The translations under genes and the position numbers were made by a program. 64,000 bases of DNA from the NCBI GenBank assembly GCA_963849945.1, contig CAWKJD010000021.1:3978-67977 (forward strand), read 5' to 3'. Shown here piece by piece: positions 18,305 through 28,423 of the stretch; positions within the stretch are counted from its first letter, which is position 1; every line of letters begins with the position of its first letter. The DNA is from an uncultured Bacteroidales bacterium (GTDB lineage Bacteria; Bacteroidota; Bacteroidia; Bacteroidales; VadinHA17). The notes beneath the pieces were generated by a model. The model had not been told where the DNA came from. It was given only the letters and a program-made list of their open reading frames with translations, and made no database searches.

Positions 18305-18679
18305 ATGCTTTCCCGGAATGATATTTTACCCAAATTGAAAGCCCGCGACAGGGCTACAATAGAGTTGATTTATAAATGTTTGTTTCCCAGCTTATATGGC
18401 TGGATCTCACAAAATTCCGGAACAAGAGAAGATACTGAAGATATTTTTCATGATTCTCTTCTGTGCCTGATAACCAAACTTGATTCACAAAGTGTACAAC
18501 TGACATGTGATTTTTCTACATACTTCATATCAATATGCCGTAATAAATGGTTTCAGATGCTTTATAAAAGGAAGAGGTTAGCGCATATCACCGTTGAAAA
18601 TTGTCAGACTCTTTTCTACGATATGAATGAAATGGCAGAAGAAGAGGAAATAGAGAATAAGAGATACTATGCTTCTTGA
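18305..18679 (+). CDS. ECF-type sigma-70 factor, region 2 part (split gene)
   Basis: RDRATIELIYKCLFPSLYGWISQNSGTREDTEDIFHDSLLCLITKL resembles sigma region 2. The ORF ends 11 nt after the start of the next one, in another frame. Confidence 0.6.
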   Translation: MLSRNDILPKLKARDRATIELIYKCLFPSLYGWISQNSGTREDTEDIFHDSLLCLITKLDSQSVQLTCDFSTYFISICRNKWFQMLYKRKRLAHITVENCQTLFYDMNEMAEEEEIENKRYYAS

Positions 18680-18905
18680 TGCACTGCATAAGCTTGACAG
18701 GAGATCTCTGGCAGTAATGGAAGCATCTCTGAATGGAAAGACAAACGATGAAATCGCCGCAAAAATGGGATTCCTAAACTCCCAGGCTGTTGCTGACAAA
18801 AAAAAGAATTGCAAGAAGAAACTGATACGGATACTTGCCGGTGATACAGAAAATAAAGAACTGACGAATGAAAAACTTCACCTACATAGAACATATTGTA
18901 AATGA
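18669..18905 (+). CDS. ECF-type sigma-70 factor, region 4 part (split gene)
   Basis: LLDALHKLDRRSLAVMEASLNGKTNDEIAAKMGFLNSQAVADKKKNCKKKL resembles the sigma region 4 HTH. Confidence 0.6.
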   Translation: MLLDALHKLDRRSLAVMEASLNGKTNDEIAAKMGFLNSQAVADKKKNCKKKLIRILAGDTENKELTNEKLHLHRTYCK

Positions 18906-19353
18906 TCCTGTCAATGATGAGGGAAAGAATTCTTTTATTACTCGACTGATTAATAATCCTGGGTTAAGAAAAGAATATCAGAAATATATCAAATTAGAAT
19001 ACTTAGTTAACGAGCAGGAAGAGAGGCTGGGAGGCATAATCAAAGAATTGGCAGACTTCACGTTTAATGTCAATCGCGCAATTGATGCCAGAGGGAATCC
19101 AGATGACCTGATTAACACTGTTCAGGATCAGGACACTTCACGATTAATTAGATCCGTTATTGCGTCAAACAGACCTCAGGATGCCCGTGAAAAGAAGAGA
19201 TGGTTCAGGGCAGCATCTGTACTGGGATTCCTTCTGTTTATTTTGAGCCCTGGTACTACCGCGACTGTAGTAGTCATTAACAAGATCAATTTGTTGAATG
19301 TCAGTTTTAATATGATTTTTCAATATTTGATTGAATCTAATTTCTTATTATGA
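18868..19353 (+). CDS. anti-sigma-like membrane protein (single TM)
   Basis: Follows and overlaps the sigma gene. One hydrophobic span, WFRAASVLGFLLFILSPG. Assignment is by context only. Confidence 0.4.
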   Translation: MKNFTYIEHIVNDPVNDEGKNSFITRLINNPGLRKEYQKYIKLEYLVNEQEERLGGIIKELADFTFNVNRAIDARGNPDDLINTVQDQDTSRLIRSVIASNRPQDAREKKRWFRAASVLGFLLFILSPGTTATVVVINKINLLNVSFNMIFQYLIESNFLL

Positions 19354-19763
19354 TGAAAAAGAAACCAAAGAATTTCCTGGCAGCATTTACCCTAACGGAA
19401 TTACTTGTTGTACTGATCATTATTGGAATACTTGTACTACTTGCACTGCCTAATCTCATGCCGCTGATTACAAAGGCCAAAAGCACTGAGGCACAACTCC
19501 AGCTAAACCATGTACACATGCTCGAAAAATCATATTACTACCTCTTTTCAAAATATTCCCCCAGCCTTGAAGAGATAGGTTTCGAGCAGGAAAAACTTAC
19601 AACTGAAGATGGGAAAGCGAATTATCTGATTGAAATCACTTCATCATCAGTAACAGGTTTTATCGTAAAAGCAACCGCGGTTGTTGATTTCGATGGTGAC
19701 GGTACATATAACGTGTGGGAAATTAATGAGAACAAAGACCTGAAAGAGGTAATAAAAGACTGA
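19350..19763 (+). CDS. major (pseudo)pilin with a prepilin-type N-terminal cleavage/methylation motif (GspG/PilA-like)
   Basis: KNFLAAFTLTELLVVLIIIGILVLLALPNL. 137 aa. Confidence 0.85.
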   Translation: MMKKKPKNFLAAFTLTELLVVLIIIGILVLLALPNLMPLITKAKSTEAQLQLNHVHMLEKSYYYLFSKYSPSLEEIGFEQEKLTTEDGKANYLIEITSSSVTGFIVKATAVVDFDGDGTYNVWEINENKDLKEVIKD

Positions 19764-19764
19764 A

Positions 19765-20286
19765 ATGGTGATTCGGGTAATAATATGTTTTGTTCTCCTG
19801 ATTGTTGTTATTCAGGATTTTAGATTCAGGGCAGTACACTGGATAATGTTCCCGGTACTATGGATATTACTTGTGGCTGATAGTCTTATCGGATTAAAAT
19901 TCATGCCTTACATTTCAGGCACAGCTATAAATCTTCTGATCATTTTAATTCAGAGTTTGATCTTATATACCTACTATATGCTTCAGGGCAAGAATCATAA
20001 ATTTATTATAACACGCATATTAGGCGTAGGTGACATGTTGTTCATCATCATTATGGCTTTTGCCTTTACCTGGACCAGTTTCATGTTCTATTATATTGCC
20101 GGGTTGCTTTTTGCACTGCTTGTGTGGATAATCATCAGAAAGATTGCCAAAGAGGAGACAGGGCTTGTTCCACTTGCAGGGTTGCTTGCATTATATATGA
20201 TAATAATAATGCTGGTCGACATTGCGCTGCCTGCATATGGCAGGAGCACGGATATCATTAACTGTTACAATGTTTATGGAAGCTGA
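19765..20286 (+). CDS. A24-family prepilin peptidase-like membrane protein (short, TadV/CpaA-sized)
   Basis: Polytopic membrane protein with the two Asp motifs VIQDFRFRAV and GVGDMLF. Confidence 0.65.
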   Translation: MVIRVIICFVLLIVVIQDFRFRAVHWIMFPVLWILLVADSLIGLKFMPYISGTAINLLIILIQSLILYTYYMLQGKNHKFIITRILGVGDMLFIIIMAFAFTWTSFMFYYIAGLLFALLVWIIIRKIAKEETGLVPLAGLLALYMIIIMLVDIALPAYGRSTDIINCYNVYGS

Positions 20287-21700
20287 CAAAATCGATATAA
20301 GTATCGATATCCTTCAGGTAATAAGCTCTGATCAGGCCTTTTATTACAATATTATTCCAAAGAAGGTAAACGGTACCGCAATTACATTTTATTGCAGCCT
20401 TAATACTGATAAGGCCACCCTCTCACAGGAACTAAAAGTACTGTTTGGGAAGACTATTCTTCTGGAATCTATTAATGAGGACCTGCTACAGCGTAATCTG
20501 GCAACGTATTATTGCAGGAACAAAGTATCCCCTGCGACAAAAACCAACACGCTTAACCATGAAGGATTTCTCGAAACGATTATTAATGAAGCCTACCAAG
20601 TAAATTCCTCTGATATTCATATTGAAGCTTCTGAAGAAAAAGGAAGGGTAAGGCTGCGTGTAGACGGCAAGCTTCTTGAAAGATTCAATATCAAAAAAGA
20701 AGATTATCCCGCTCTTGTTAATAAGGTTAAAATCCTGGCAAATCTTGATATTGCGGAGAAGCGCCTGCCCCAGGACGGCAGGATAAGCCTGAAGGATGCA
20801 CAAAATGTTCAGGATATAAGGGTTTCCGTAATCCCTTCCATCCATGGCGAAAAAGTTGTTTTAAGGCTACTTAAAAAAAGTACAATTGATATTACGCTGA
20901 AAGACCTCGGGATGTCAGCTGCACAACTTGATACATATTCCAGCGGCGTCAGAAAGAGCAATGGTATTGTCTTGATCAGTGGTCCAACCGGATCGGGCAA
21001 GACGACAACCCTGTATGCTACCCTGAACCTTCTCAACAGTAAAGAGGTCAATATCCTTACAATTGAAGATCCTGTTGAATACACAATTAACGGAGTGAAC
21101 CAGGTTAATCTGAGGGATGATATAGGACTTTCATTTTCGAGGGCTCTAAGAACCTTTCTGAGGCAGGACCCGGATATAATCATGTTGGGTGAGATACGTG
21201 ATGACGAGACAGCCCAGATGGCAATAAGAGCTGCTCTCACCGGCCATCTTGTTCTGTCAACTATACATACCAATTCTGCGTGGGGCATAATTACTAGGCT
21301 TCATGACATGGGCATACAGCCCTTCCTGCTTGCATCGACACTTAATATGGCTGTGGCTCAGAGACTTGTCAGGAAGCTGTGCATTCATTGCAGGCAGGAA
21401 GTCATTGATGAAAAGCAGTTAAAAATCCCGAAAACAAAGTTCTGCATGCCCAGGAAATATTATAAGCCAATCGGTTGCCCTGCATGCAACTTCACTGCAT
21501 ATTCCGGCCGGATAGCCGTATTTGAGATCATAGAGATATGTGAGGTGCTTCGGGAAGCAATTAAAACATCCAGGTCTGAGATAAATGAATATATGCATTC
21601 TAAACAGATACCAAAACTGTCAGCATCTGCTTATAACCTGTTTTGCAGGGGAGAGTCATCACTTGACGAAGTCTTCCCGATATTAACAATTGACTATTAA
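20270..21700 (+). CDS. GspE/PilB-family secretion ATPase
   Basis: Walker A SGPTGSGKTTTL, Asp box, Walker B DPDIIMLGEIRD, His box TGHLVLSTIHTN, and tetra-Cys CIHC...CPAC. The Met at 20270 avoids overlap with the peptidase gene. Confidence 0.95.
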   Translation: MFMEADKIDISIDILQVISSDQAFYYNIIPKKVNGTAITFYCSLNTDKATLSQELKVLFGKTILLESINEDLLQRNLATYYCRNKVSPATKTNTLNHEGFLETIINEAYQVNSSDIHIEASEEKGRVRLRVDGKLLERFNIKKEDYPALVNKVKILANLDIAEKRLPQDGRISLKDAQNVQDIRVSVIPSIHGEKVVLRLLKKSTIDITLKDLGMSAAQLDTYSSGVRKSNGIVLISGPTGSGKTTTLYATLNLLNSKEVNILTIEDPVEYTINGVNQVNLRDDIGLSFSRALRTFLRQDPDIIMLGEIRDDETAQMAIRAALTGHLVLSTIHTNSAWGIITRLHDMGIQPFLLASTLNMAVAQRLVRKLCIHCRQEVIDEKQLKIPKTKFCMPRKYYKPIGCPACNFTAYSGRIAVFEIIEICEVLREAIKTSRSEINEYMHSKQIPKLSASAYNLFCRGESSLDEVFPILTIDY

Positions 21701-21710
21701 TAGACAATCG

Positions 21711-23648
21711 ATGAAAAGGACAAATCAGGTTTTGAGAAGAACATTTATACTGACTTGGTTTTTGATGGTTTGTTTTTTTCCACAGAAAGCAAGAGCACAG
21801 GTTGTTGATGACCTGTTCGTGAGGTTGGATTCTGTTGAGAAGCAGATCAGGCGGCTTGAAGTCTCAGTGCCGGGTCTTAATGAAAAGGTAAATATCTCTC
21901 TGACAGATGTTCCTTTGAATGAGTTTCTCAGGGCGATCGCCAACAATTCAGGTCTGAATATGGATATAGATCCTTCTGTCAGTCAAAGGGTATCCAATAA
22001 CTTTTCTGATGTCCGTGTATCTGATGTTCTGATTTTTCTCAGCAGACAATTCAGGCTTGATATTTCAGAAATCAACAATATTTTAATAGTGAGGCCTATC
22101 AATGTGCCGGCACCCCTGCCATTGTGTTATGTGGAATACAACGATTCAACACAGAAGCTTACCCTGGAAGTAGAAGGTGAGCTGCTTTCCACTTTTCTAA
22201 AAGCAGTTACAATTAAAACGGGAAGAAACGTAATACCCTCTTATGATGCTGCTCAGGTACAGGTAAATGCCTTTATACTCTCCATGCCATTTCAGGATGC
22301 CATTGATAAGATGTCCTATGCGAACAACCTCCTTGCTAATCCCACTCCTGACGGTTTCATCCTCATTGAAAAGAAGCCTGTGGAAAAGGCTGAATTACAG
22401 GTCGTCCGTGAAATGCCCGGATCATCCCAGGTCTCAAGGGGTGGCAAGGCAACAGGTAATTCTGTGATAACGGTCAGGCAGCTGGGCCCGGACAGTGTCT
22501 ATGTGTTTGCTGAAAATGCGCAGCTGACAGATGTTATCAGGGATGTTGCCGGGAAATGCGGTATAAGTTACATCCTCTCATCTGAAAGTAAAAATCAGGT
22601 CAATCTTCTGATAGCAGGAGATAGCTTTGATAATGTTTTTGCCAATATACTTTCAGGATCAGATCTGGTATTAAAGAAATACAACGGGGTTTATATTATA
22701 GGTAATAAAGAAACAGCTGAACTTATGACCCAAAAGGTCATGCATCTTAAGTACCGGAGTGTAGACAGTATTGCCTTTGCTGTGCCTGAAGATCTTCTTG
22801 ACCAAGTTGATTTGCGTGTTTTCAAGGAACTAAATAGTGTCTTCTTAAGCGGACCTCATGACAAAGTTGAAACGGCGGCGGAATTCATTAACGCCATTGA
22901 CAGATCAGTTCCGGTTGTTTCTATAGAGCTGCTGATCATAGACTACAGCACATCATATACTATCAGCACGGGTATTGAGGCGGGGATAAGTGACCAGCCG
23001 GTCTCCACCGCCGGTGTTGTCTTTCCCAATTTAAATATCACCCTTGGCTCTCAATCAATCAATGACCTGATCAACAGGTTTAACGGCTTTGGATGGGCCA
23101 GGATAGGACAGGTGACTCCAAACTTCTATGCGTCCTTAAAAATGCTTGAAAACCAGGGCATCCTGAAGATAAGATCAACACCAATACTGTCAACACTTAA
23201 TGGACATACCGCTGAATTGAGTATTGGTAATACTGAATATTACCTTGAGGAGTCAGTGAATATTATTGGAACACAAAATCCTCAGACGGCAACAACACAG
23301 ACTTATAAGCCTATCACCGCTGAGCTCGCAGTGATAATAACTCCCCAGGTTTCCGGGGATGACCAGATAACGCTTGAGGTAGAAGTTACTCAGTCTGATT
23401 TCACTAAAAGGATTTCAACCACTGCACCTCCGGGAAAGTCTTCACGAACTTTCAAATCACTTATAAGGGTGAAGAATGGAGAAATGATTCTGTTAGGTGG
23501 GCTGGAGGAGAAACGGGATAATAAGACCAGTCATGGTACCCCGTTCCTGTCACGTATCCCGGTTATCAAGTGGTTATTCTCATCACGCGATGAGATGAAT
23601 TCAAAATCAAAGCTTAACATATTTATTAAGCCAACAATATTAAACTGA
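21711..23648 (+). CDS. secretin (GspD/PilQ family)
   Basis: Signal peptide from MKRTNQVLRRTFILTWFLMVCFFPQKARAQ. C-terminal secretin pattern LLGGLEEKRDNKTSHGTPFLSRIPVIKWLFSSRDEMNSKSKLNIFIKPTIL. Confidence 0.9.
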   Translation: MKRTNQVLRRTFILTWFLMVCFFPQKARAQVVDDLFVRLDSVEKQIRRLEVSVPGLNEKVNISLTDVPLNEFLRAIANNSGLNMDIDPSVSQRVSNNFSDVRVSDVLIFLSRQFRLDISEINNILIVRPINVPAPLPLCYVEYNDSTQKLTLEVEGELLSTFLKAVTIKTGRNVIPSYDAAQVQVNAFILSMPFQDAIDKMSYANNLLANPTPDGFILIEKKPVEKAELQVVREMPGSSQVSRGGKATGNSVITVRQLGPDSVYVFAENAQLTDVIRDVAGKCGISYILSSESKNQVNLLIAGDSFDNVFANILSGSDLVLKKYNGVYIIGNKETAELMTQKVMHLKYRSVDSIAFAVPEDLLDQVDLRVFKELNSVFLSGPHDKVETAAEFINAIDRSVPVVSIELLIIDYSTSYTISTGIEAGISDQPVSTAGVVFPNLNITLGSQSINDLINRFNGFGWARIGQVTPNFYASLKMLENQGILKIRSTPILSTLNGHTAELSIGNTEYYLEESVNIIGTQNPQTATTQTYKPITAELAVIITPQVSGDDQITLEVEVTQSDFTKRISTTAPPGKSSRTFKSLIRVKNGEMILLGGLEEKRDNKTSHGTPFLSRIPVIKWLFSSRDEMNSKSKLNIFIKPTILN

Positions 23649-23652
23649 GACA

Positions 23653-24867
23653 ATGAGCTTTTATGAAGACATAGCGTTTCGAAAAATGCGAAAGTGTGCA
23701 GGTCTATATTTTTGGTTCGGCGTTGAGAAGGATCTGTATGCAACACTGACTGTCACAACCCTGAAAAAAGGCAAGGTGACCATTAAGAGTGCCTGCACTG
23801 CGAATTCACTTGAGGAGATCATCCGGAAGATACCTCCCAATTTGCCTTTAATAATTTCTGTCGACGGTATAAACGTTATTCATCGTATTGTCAGTCAGAC
23901 CTCTTACGATAACCCTCTCCTTCAAACTTTCCCGGGCATAAAAGTCAAAGATTTTATTGTCAGGAAGAATGTTGCGGCTGAAGAAAAAATAATTATCTCA
24001 CTGGTAAGGAGAGAAGATATCAATGCGCTTGTTAAATCATTGAATGAAGCGGGGATTTTAATTTATGATATAAACGTGGGTCCTTTCAGTATTGAGAACC
24101 TTCCAGGTATAGCTGCCGGAACTGGTGAAGTCCATATCCCTTTTTATGACCTGCATTTTGAGCATGACAGGATGTGTGACTTTGAACGAACCCTCTATAA
24201 TAGTATTGAGAACAACTGTCTTCTGGAATTTGGCGATGAACAGATGTCTTCCGAATTCCTTGTTCCTCTTTCTCTGTGCTATGGCTTCTATCAGACCGGC
24301 GGTAAAGGTGAGACTGAAGAGCAGTTGGTTGAACAGCGAAAAGAGTTTGCCGCAAAAAAAATACTGGCTGTCTCCGTGCTGCCCTTCTTCCTTCTGGTTT
24401 TCACAGCCCTGCTCATCAATTTTCTGGTTATGATGAAGTACGGGAAAGAAAGCCGTCTGCTCGAACAATCGGTGGTCGCTGGCAAACAGTATCTGACACA
24501 GATTGATTCTCTCAGGAAAGCTGTTATGATAAGGCAGAAGGTGCTTGAAACCAAACATAACCGGCAGGCAAGATACATGGCATTCTATTCTGACAGGATC
24601 GCTTCGTGCGTACGGCCGGGAATATTACTGACTGAGATGACCATTCATCCCCAGGTGTCAACGTCTCAGAAAAGAGATCACTATATTTTCCGCGATGACG
24701 TAATTACTATCAATGGGATAACAGATAATTCGGTGTCACTTGAAGCTTTCGTCAAACGACTGTCGGCCTTAGGATGGATTGAAAGTGTAAAGATACTGAG
24801 CTTCACTGAAGCAAAAGACGGCGTACGATCATTCCAGGTTGAAATCAATATAGGAGAAGGACAATGA
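23653..24867 (+). CDS. GspL-like (PilM-PilN-like) bitopic assembly protein
   Basis: 404 aa with about 230 cytoplasmic aa, one TM (ILAVSVLPFFLLVFTALLINFLVMM) and a periplasmic tail. Assigned by architecture and position, not by a motif. Confidence 0.45.
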   Translation: MSFYEDIAFRKMRKCAGLYFWFGVEKDLYATLTVTTLKKGKVTIKSACTANSLEEIIRKIPPNLPLIISVDGINVIHRIVSQTSYDNPLLQTFPGIKVKDFIVRKNVAAEEKIIISLVRREDINALVKSLNEAGILIYDINVGPFSIENLPGIAAGTGEVHIPFYDLHFEHDRMCDFERTLYNSIENNCLLEFGDEQMSSEFLVPLSLCYGFYQTGGKGETEEQLVEQRKEFAAKKILAVSVLPFFLLVFTALLINFLVMMKYGKESRLLEQSVVAGKQYLTQIDSLRKAVMIRQKVLETKHNRQARYMAFYSDRIASCVRPGILLTEMTIHPQVSTSQKRDHYIFRDDVITINGITDNSVSLEAFVKRLSALGWIESVKILSFTEAKDGVRSFQVEINIGEGQ

Positions 24868-24893
24868 CAATGACAATGACGATGACGATGACA
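24864..24893 (+). repeat. (ATGACR)x5 hexanucleotide tandem repeat at the start codon
   Basis: atgaca atgaca atgacg atgacg atgaca, encoding MTMTMTMTMT. Confidence 0.9.
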
Positions 24894-25415
24894 GGAAATA
24901 CCACATACCGTAAAAAACTTGTGTTCTTTACCTGCGGGGCTCTTGTTGTAATATCTCTTGCATACGCTTTCGGCTTCAAAAAGACTCTTAAAACCGCGAA
25001 AACACTGGCATATACAAGAGAGCAGTCAGGAGTAATCATCAGGTCAGAATCTCTTAAAAAGGAGCTTGAAACTAACCTTATTGAAATCAATGACAAGCTG
25101 GGAAATGTGCAAGTTATTGACGACGATCAGGAATTCGTGCTCAGCACAGTGCATCATAGTAGCAATGGAAGTAAGATCAGGGTTATAGAAGTTACGGGAA
25201 CAACAGCCCAGTCTGATAACGGAATTGTAAAAAGCACCTATGGAGCTACAGCTGAAGGCAGTTTTACAGACCTGGTAACCCTTATCAGAGCTTTTGAAGA
25301 GTCTGGTCATGAGGGCGATATCGCTTCCGCAACCTTTACTCGCTATTTTGATAACAAATCAAAGAAGACAGCAACAAGACTGAAGTTTTATATACAGGAA
25401 TATAATGCCCGGTAA
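24864..25415 (+). CDS. GspM/PilO-like bitopic protein
   Basis: 183 aa with one N-terminal TM (LVFFTCGALVVISLAYAFGF). ATGA start/stop overlap with the upstream gene. Assigned by architecture. Confidence 0.4.
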   Translation: MTMTMTMTMTGNTTYRKKLVFFTCGALVVISLAYAFGFKKTLKTAKTLAYTREQSGVIIRSESLKKELETNLIEINDKLGNVQVIDDDQEFVLSTVHHSSNGSKIRVIEVTGTTAQSDNGIVKSTYGATAEGSFTDLVTLIRAFEESGHEGDIASATFTRYFDNKSKKTATRLKFYIQEYNAR

Positions 25416-25417
25416 GG

Positions 25418-25786
25418 ATGAATAAAACTGCATGGTACTCATCGATTATTATTGTCGCAGTGAGTTTTACTGCATGTGATGATATTTTTGAGAAGGATAT
25501 TTCTGCAGAAGTACCGGAGATCATTACGCCGGCTGACGGTCAGAGTCTCAGCGGCACAGATCTTCTATTCTGGTGGAACTATATGAACGGCGCTGACTAT
25601 TACCAGCTCCAGGTCGCCAAACCCGGCTTTGAACTAATTGAGAAGCTTGTAGCTGATACCGTCATTGAGATAAACAAGTTCATTTTCACTTTTGAGGCCG
25701 GCACTTATGAGTGGAGAATAAGAGCATGCAATAACGCTTATTGTACCGGTTTTATCTATCGCACCGTGATTGTTACCGGTAAGTAA
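25418..25786 (+). CDS. small lipoprotein (possible pilotin/PilP-like accessory)
   Basis: MNKTAWYSSIIIVAVSFTACDD lipobox. No family recognised. Confidence 0.5.
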   Translation: MNKTAWYSSIIIVAVSFTACDDIFEKDISAEVPEIITPADGQSLSGTDLLFWWNYMNGADYYQLQVAKPGFELIEKLVADTVIEINKFIFTFEAGTYEWRIRACNNAYCTGFIYRTVIVTGK

Positions 25787-25819
25787 GCTGTCCTGAAAAA
25801 CCAATAGGCCAGACCACTG

Positions 25820-26299
25820 ATGAATAAAAAGAGACTGAACATAATACTGGTACCTCTGGCTGTCATTCTCTGGATAGTGATCGTGATGAAGGTTATATCA
25901 TTTACAAAGCCCAAATCCTCAGATGATATTATTTATTTACCAGGCACTGCACATTTAGAGGATGCGGGCACAGTCGATACGCTTAGTCTCCTTCTTAATT
26001 ATCCTGACCCGTTCAACCATAGTGTGAGCAGCTCTTCATATGTGGATAACAATATTGCAAAACCAAAGAACATTCCGTCTGACTTCTTTGCCAGACCACC
26101 TGAAATGCCTTTGCCTGACATCGCATTCAAAGGGGTTATTGCAACGGATAATAATGAAAAGGCCGTAGGACTTATGATAGTTAATGGCAGGTCTGTACTT
26201 GTCTCTGAAAACGACACTGTGGCCGGATTAAGAGTTATGGATTGCTGGTCTGACTCTGTCAGACTGAAGTTTAATGGCAGGACGTTTACTGTCAGATGA
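25820..26299 (+). CDS. GspC/PilP-like protein (N-terminal TM plus C-terminal beta domain)
   Basis: TM LNIILVPLAVILWIVIVM. The C-terminus FKGVIATDNNEKAVGLMIVNGRSVLVSENDTVAGLRVMDCWSDSVRLKFNGRTFTV resembles the HR/PilP domain pattern. Confidence 0.5.
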   Translation: MNKKRLNIILVPLAVILWIVIVMKVISFTKPKSSDDIIYLPGTAHLEDAGTVDTLSLLLNYPDPFNHSVSSSSYVDNNIAKPKNIPSDFFARPPEMPLPDIAFKGVIATDNNEKAVGLMIVNGRSVLVSENDTVAGLRVMDCWSDSVRLKFNGRTFTVR

Positions 26300-26303
26300 T
26301 GAT

Positions 26304-27560
26304 ATGATCATGGTGAGAGGCGGAATATTATATTATACTTTGTTCCTTATGGTGATCTCGGTTACGGTTATCACCCTGATACTGATGAGACATTCGCTCT
26401 ACCAGCAGACATTCGTCAACAGAAGCAAGGGCGATGAGCTTGACTGCAACATCAGGTCGGCATTTCTTCTTTATAAACAATATCCTAGGGTCCTGTCAGA
26501 AGAAGATAGTCTCATGATTGACCTTTTTAAAGACAGCCTGGCAATGGTTAAGCTGTCAAAAGAGAACTGGGGCATTTTTGATATTGTCACTGCATCTGCC
26601 CGATGGAAAAACCTTTCGATATGCCGCACAGGCCTTTTTGGTGAGGTCATTGACGCAGAGGACCCTGCGTTATATGTTACAGATCATGGTATAAGCGTCT
26701 CCCTTAATGGTAACACATTGATAAAAGGGGAGTCGTATATACCTGCCGGGGCTTTCAGAACGGCCTCCATTGAAGGCCAGCCGTTCATTTACACGCAAAC
26801 CTCCATAGGGAATGTGAAACAATCCCGGTCACTTCTTCCTGACCTCGATCCTATGATTGACAGCACTGTTACACACCTTTTCAGTGGGATAAACCCGGAA
26901 ATAAATTTGCCTGAAATAAACAGGAAATCAGACAATCTTTTTGAGAACCCTTTTACTAACCGTCCTGTTACATATTATGCGCTGCAGGATGCAATTCTTT
27001 CAGGATTTTCATTCAAGGGCAGGATAATGATATTTGCGTCAGGCACTATTTTCATTGACCGGACTACCACTTTGGAAGATGTGCTACTCGTTGCCAGGAG
27101 GATAGTGGTTGACGACGGCTTCAGAGGTTCATTCCAGGGCTTTGCGATAGATTCCATAAGGGTAGGCGATAATGTGACGCTTAACTATCCAAGTGTGATA
27201 AGTATCATCTCCCGCAGGGAGGATGATGGTGTTTCATTATATCCCGCCATTACCCTGGGCAGAAACAGTAGTATTGCAGGGTGTATCATCCTGAGGGCCT
27301 GGAATGAGAATTGTAAAGTGGTGGTTCCTGAAACATCTCTTGTAACAGGCCAGGTCTATTGCAATGGCAGGGTTGAATTGCTGGGCGATGTGCACGGATC
27401 ACTATTTTGCGACGGTTTTTCTTTTACCCGTGAGAGCTCAACGTATATTAATCACCTTCTGAACAGCGATATAAATATGGAATTGCTGCCCGCTGGATTT
27501 GCAGGGTTCCATGCGGGCGACGATCAATCCATAAGAACCTTGATCAGATGGCTCGATTAA
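26304..27560 (+). CDS. GspK/PilX-like large minor pseudopilin candidate
   Basis: N-terminus MIMVRGGILYYTLFLMVISVTVITLIL is like the RG-x-hydrophobic start of GspK/PilX proteins. The rest is not recognised. Confidence 0.4.
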   Translation: MIMVRGGILYYTLFLMVISVTVITLILMRHSLYQQTFVNRSKGDELDCNIRSAFLLYKQYPRVLSEEDSLMIDLFKDSLAMVKLSKENWGIFDIVTASARWKNLSICRTGLFGEVIDAEDPALYVTDHGISVSLNGNTLIKGESYIPAGAFRTASIEGQPFIYTQTSIGNVKQSRSLLPDLDPMIDSTVTHLFSGINPEINLPEINRKSDNLFENPFTNRPVTYYALQDAILSGFSFKGRIMIFASGTIFIDRTTTLEDVLLVARRIVVDDGFRGSFQGFAIDSIRVGDNVTLNYPSVISIISRREDDGVSLYPAITLGRNSSIAGCIILRAWNENCKVVVPETSLVTGQVYCNGRVELLGDVHGSLFCDGFSFTRESSTYINHLLNSDINMELLPAGFAGFHAGDDQSIRTLIRWLD

Positions 27561-27904
27561 CGAAACATCTTAAAGGCAGCACACTCGTTGAGACACTCGT
27601 CTCCATGGCACTGATTGTAATAATATTAGGTGCCTCATTTACTGCGCTTACGGGTATAGCACACAGCACGTTGAACCAGACAAGGTTCTACGCCCGTTTT
27701 GTTGTTAAGAATCTTATGGCAGAAGATTTTCTAGCCCATAAGAAAGATACTTTAAAGACCGATTTCGGCGGGTTTTCTATTGAGCAGGAACTTATTCTGT
27801 ATGATGACACAGACAAGCTGCAGATACTGGTGGTGAATGCTGTTACACCTGACGGCAGAATAATTTATACCGGAAGGAGGATAATTATCAGGAATGATGA
27901 ATGA
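27548..27904 (+). CDS. minor pseudopilin with a prepilin-type N-terminus
   Basis: LKGSTLVETLVSMALIVIILG. Confidence 0.75.
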   Translation: MARLTKHLKGSTLVETLVSMALIVIILGASFTALTGIAHSTLNQTRFYARFVVKNLMAEDFLAHKKDTLKTDFGGFSIEQELILYDDTDKLQILVVNAVTPDGRIIYTGRRIIIRNDE

Positions 27905-27916
27905 TACCATGGAAGT

Positions 27917-28423
27917 GTGAAGAAAATGCGCATTCCTCTGATAAATCATAGCAGGAAGTTAAGGTCATTCACCCTTACTGAGATACTTGTCGCTACATTG
28001 CTCTCGGCCATACTGCTGGCATTTGTTGTAACGGTATTCTCATTCTTTATGAACAGGGTGCGTTCTGAAAATAATAACATGAATCAGATGGAGGCTATTT
28101 TCTTACTGGAATCCTCCCTTGATGAAGTGATGAGGAAGTGTGATTCGATACTGGTTGAGAATCATCAGCTTCTGTTTTTCACTTCCGGAGAAAAAGATTC
28201 ATATGCTGAATTTGGTGACAGCATGATAGTAGTCTGTCTCAGAGAGACCTGTGATACTTTCAGATTGTCTCACAAAGATATGCACTCAACATATTTGACT
28301 GAAACAGGATTGATATCCAGGATTGACTTTAACATTGATCTCGGAACATTCAGTGTTCCGGTTTCATTACTTAAGGAATATGAGGGTGCTGTATTGGTTA
28401 ATTCAAAAGTTTCAGCGCGATGA
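27917..28423 (+). CDS. minor pseudopilin with a prepilin-type N-terminus
   Basis: RKLRSFTLTEILVATLLSAILLAFVV. GTG at 27917 or ATG at 27926 as the start. Confidence 0.75.
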   Translation: MKKMRIPLINHSRKLRSFTLTEILVATLLSAILLAFVVTVFSFFMNRVRSENNNMNQMEAIFLLESSLDEVMRKCDSILVENHQLLFFTSGEKDSYAEFGDSMIVVCLRETCDTFRLSHKDMHSTYLTETGLISRIDFNIDLGTFSVPVSLLKEYEGAVLVNSKVSAR

